DNA of 64,000 nt from Polymyxa betae A26-41 (taxonomy: Eukaryota > Protista > Endomyxa: Phytomyxea): positions 124,001 to 188,000 of the forward strand of contig RBZT01000751.1 in assembly GCA_003693705.1 (NCBI GenBank). The letters are read 5' to 3'. Under the pieces are notes generated by a model. That model searched no databases and was not told where the DNA came from. It was given only the letters and a program-made list of their open reading frames with translations. Below, in pieces: positions 60,643 to 64,000 of this stretch (the first letter of the stretch is position 1; every line of letters starts with the position of its first letter). The position numbers and the translations under genes were made by a program.

Positions 60643-62054
60643 TTATTGCCGTGGTTCATCCTGGAACGAACGACATCTCCTCATACCATCAATGAAATCT
60701 TTCATCTGGTTGTAGGTATCAGGTACTATTTGCTTACAATCATCACCAATATCGAATCCAAAATGGAACGTATTAGTGACAGTTGATTCTCCAGTCAAAG
60801 GATTTATGACACGGGCATGAACATCAATAATCGCATGTTTTCTATAGGTATATGCAACCTTCAGACTTAATAAGAATGCAGAGAAGTGATCAGTAAAGCG
60901 ATATTTACCTGGGCCTCAAAACTTAGAATAGAGCCAATGCCAACGGGCCGGATAAACTCAACATCATCAATAAATGTTGGGGATGGATGGCGTTTAGCTA
61001 GTTTATAAGCGATCAGCCAAGCAAGCTCATACGCCGACGCCATCAAATAGCCACCGAACATTCGCCCATGTCTTGATCGCGTTTAGCATTCAGTTTTGAA
61101 AATTCTGAATACGAACACATTACGATTCTGGCTATGCATCAGAAGAGTTTTGTCATCACGAGCTTCTTGAGGCCAAATGAACTTGTCCGGATTCGACCCT
61201 CTTTCACTGTGAAGGTGATGCAATAGGGAAATCTCCTCGGGAGACCACGTTGTCGAACGGAGTTGATCTTTTTTACCTGGCTTAGCTGCATCGTGAGCTT
61301 CCTTTCCATCGGATACTGGCATCAAACTAGGAACTGGTTGCGCGACGTTTTGATCGCGAGCTCGTGCTACCATTAAGAAGGTTGATGATGCTGTCAGAAA
61401 TAAGAGGCATTGAATATCGAATCGCAATCAATTACCTAGATGAATAGGAGGATTGCTATTACTAACTTCGCTGACAGAGACGGAAACTCGCAATGAGCTA
61501 CGTCCGACATGAATTACAGCCCCTTCAAGCTGGAGCTCGTTTTCAACTTTCAGTTCCGAAAACAATCGCATTCGGTCCATGCAAGCTGTTACAATGATTG
61601 GCGATGGACCGCAATGTCGGTATGCTATATCGGCTAAAGAAACATTATACGAGAAATTCAGCATCGCTCACGATCAGGCTTGTTGACCTGCTAAGGCATC
61701 CAGATCTTCTAAAACTCGACCAAGACGGATATATCTGTCACTTCCGAAGAGAGAGTACTTGCTTCTAAGTATCTCAGAACCAGATAAAGGCAGCCTTAAC
61801 GTCATACGAGACGATAATGATGTGTGTTCCGGAGCGCTAAGTCTTTTTAAAACCGGTTTTGCAGATTGACGAATGCTTTACTTTGGATAATGCCATATCA
61901 TTCCAGAGAAGATATCACTAGGGACGCCTCGCTGTTTTTGAAGGTTAAGTGTCATAGGCGCCACTTTCCTCATCGTGGCTTCATCCCGAACGATTATTCT
62001 AGCAGCAGCGTCCACTTGAAAGGCCCTGATTATTCTCCTCGATGACAGCATCAT
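60643..62054 (-). CDS. ACOT9: Acyl-CoA thioesterase, ACOT9-like double hotdog fold
   Basis: RLGRVLEDLDALA, IVTACMDR, VGRSSL, HSQNRN|..HGRMFGGYLM..AYELAW, F.RPV.IGS. Confidence 0.88.
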
Positions 62055-62247
62055 CGTGAAGGTCCTCTTATGGACGAAACAACTAAATGAGGAATAAATC
62101 CCGTTGAACATTTCTAAGTGGGTTGCGACCTGACGTTCTCTTACTGAAAGGAGACGTAATCAGGACACGACGTCCCACTCTAGCGCTTAAGCAGCTTCTC
62201 TAAGAGTGCTCGAATATTGTCATTTTTCGATTTTGGCTTCTAAGGAA

Positions 62248-64000
62248 ATGGTCAAGTCAACATGGTCGGAGGAGAATGTTCAGGAGCTGACACGGGTCCT
62301 GAACCATGATAATCACGAGCTTCGAGTAGAGTGAGAGATCGCCGTGCTGGCAGGTAGACTGACAGGAATTTAGGCGAACATGTTAGAGACGTTTCGCGAT
62401 CCTTTGTTTAGACGCGATTACTATATGGGAGTTCAGGAGCATCGGAAACGACTTGATCAACAACTTGCTGCTATCCTCAGCAAGAAATTCGCGCGTGTGC
62501 AGGATTATCAAGAGGATCCTCTTAGGTGAAAGTTGCATGGAATGTCAACTAAGGGCTCAGATCTGAGCAATTGATATATAGATTCTTCACATATCTTGAA
62601 TCACTGATTTTCGTTGATTACTCTTTATCAATCAAACACGGTGTCCATTGGACGCTTTGTGGAGGCACGATTCAAACATTAGGCACAAAGAAACACACAG
62701 TTTGGTTGGATCGTATGAACACAGGACAAATCATTGGCTGTTTTGCCATGACGGGTAAGCGTCTTACCAAATCAAATGTGACGTCAATTATAACATCTCT
62801 AAGAGCTTGGTCATGGTTCTAACGTCGCCGGTATTGAGACAGTTGCCTTTTATGATCCCAAAACCAAAGAGTTCGTTATCAACACGCCAACGGAATCGGC
62901 TCAAAAATTCTGGATTGGAGGCGCTGCCTCAACTTCTCATATTTCTACTGTTTTCGCTCAGTTAACCGTTGGGAATGTACTGCGTGGCATTCACGTTTTC
63001 GTTGTGCGACTGCGAAATGATGATGGGTCAGTTTGCAAAGGAATTCGAATTAAAGACAATGGAGCCAAGGTCTTGATGCATTGCAGAAGCTCAGTATTTA
63101 CACTCATTACCGTGGCAGATGGGTCTCAATGGGGTTGACAATGGAAGAATCTGGTTTGATAATTATCGTGTTCCATTGGATGGTTTGCTAGACAAATACT
63201 GTTCGGTTACACCAGAAGGGGAGTATTCAAGCCCTATCAAGGACAACAACAGCCGATTTGGCACTATGATCAGTACCCTCTATTCATCAAGTCACTTGAG
63301 CTTTCCTTGATTGATTCTGTAGGTGGACTGGTAGCTGGCCGAGTGTCAATTGCGTCTGGTGGCGTATTTGCTGCTAAGATGGCCTTGAACATCGCTATTC
63401 GGTACGGATATCACCGAAAGCAGTTTGGCTCCCCAAAAGAACTACCAATCATCACATATACGACTCATCATCGTCGCTTGTTTCCTGGACTGGCTACAAC
63501 AATTGCCCTCCATTTCTATCTGGGAAAATGCAAAGATCTGTATTTGCAAAAATCCCCGAAGACGATGAAAAAGGTCGGGTATCCGACCAGCAGCAATACT
63601 TCGAAAGTTGACAGTTATTGTAGATTCATTTGGCAGTTTCAGGATTAAAAGCTTGGGGCACCTGTAAGCTCCTGTTTCAAAGCCTTTAACTTTTCGTCAC
63701 GCCTTTTTAGGGAATAGAGTTGAAGTTCTCCATGCTTGCCGTGACAGTTTGGGTAAGTACACTTTATTCCATTGTTCGGCGATGTCGCTGACTCCAAAAT
63801 AGGAGGGCAGGGCGTTGCTGCTGTAAATTGGATTGGACCTGCCATTGCTGATTTTGACGTTGATACGACGTTTGAAGGTGACAATGTTATCTTGCTTCAG
63901 CAGATTAGCAAGGTAAAGAGTAATTATTGCTCGCTTTGACTGGAATTCAGCTCAATATATAGTCTTTGCTGAGTGAAGCTGTAAAGGCCCAACAGCCTTC
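62248..64000 (+). CDS. ACOX: Peroxisomal acyl-CoA oxidase, truncated at window edge
   Basis: GCFAMT|ELGHGSNV.GIET, EFVINTP..AQKFWIG, K|MGLNGVDNG, GRVSI, TFEGDNVILLQQ. Confidence 0.95.

Noticed and set aside
1-64000. tRNA, rRNA, transposase/RT or viral hallmark genes
   Set aside because: None recognised by eye; a tRNAscan/Rfam/RepeatModeler run would be needed to exclude small elements

Overview
Gene-dense eukaryotic nuclear DNA with about 35 protein-coding genes. Most are split by very short GT-AG introns (37-60 nt), so the ORF track fragments or misses many of them (ERV1, FAM92, SOSS-B, BAG6 last exon). Ciliary genes (FAM92, CFAP97D), TTT(T)AGGG-type repeats and the compact architecture suggest a flagellated protist, possibly a phytomyxid/plasmodiophorid (inference only). 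Most genes are housekeeping: BAG6, TruA-type PUS, RNF5-like E3, AP-4 mu, SCC2, TFIIIC-102, ERGIC3, PPIL4, SYF1, HSP10, QPRT, MVD, ERV1, TCP1, PDAT, ORC4, ACOT9, ACOX. The most unusual items are: (i) two distant secreted paralogs (7218-8428, 54227-55381) built from ~57-60-residue proline-free segments joined by Gly/Pro turns, a candidate new extracellular structural/fibre protein family, one copy carrying a single in-frame TAA; (ii) telomere-repeat and G-run tracts filling short introns and promoters; (iii) an orphan island with a stand-alone GHKL ATPase; (iv) fungal-type homoaconitase, an LrgA-LrgB fusion plus its decayed tandem copy, an NleG-like U-box protein and an RGS-DENN fusion. No rRNA, tRNA, CRISPR array or intact transposon was recognised. 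All splice models and homologies were read by eye.
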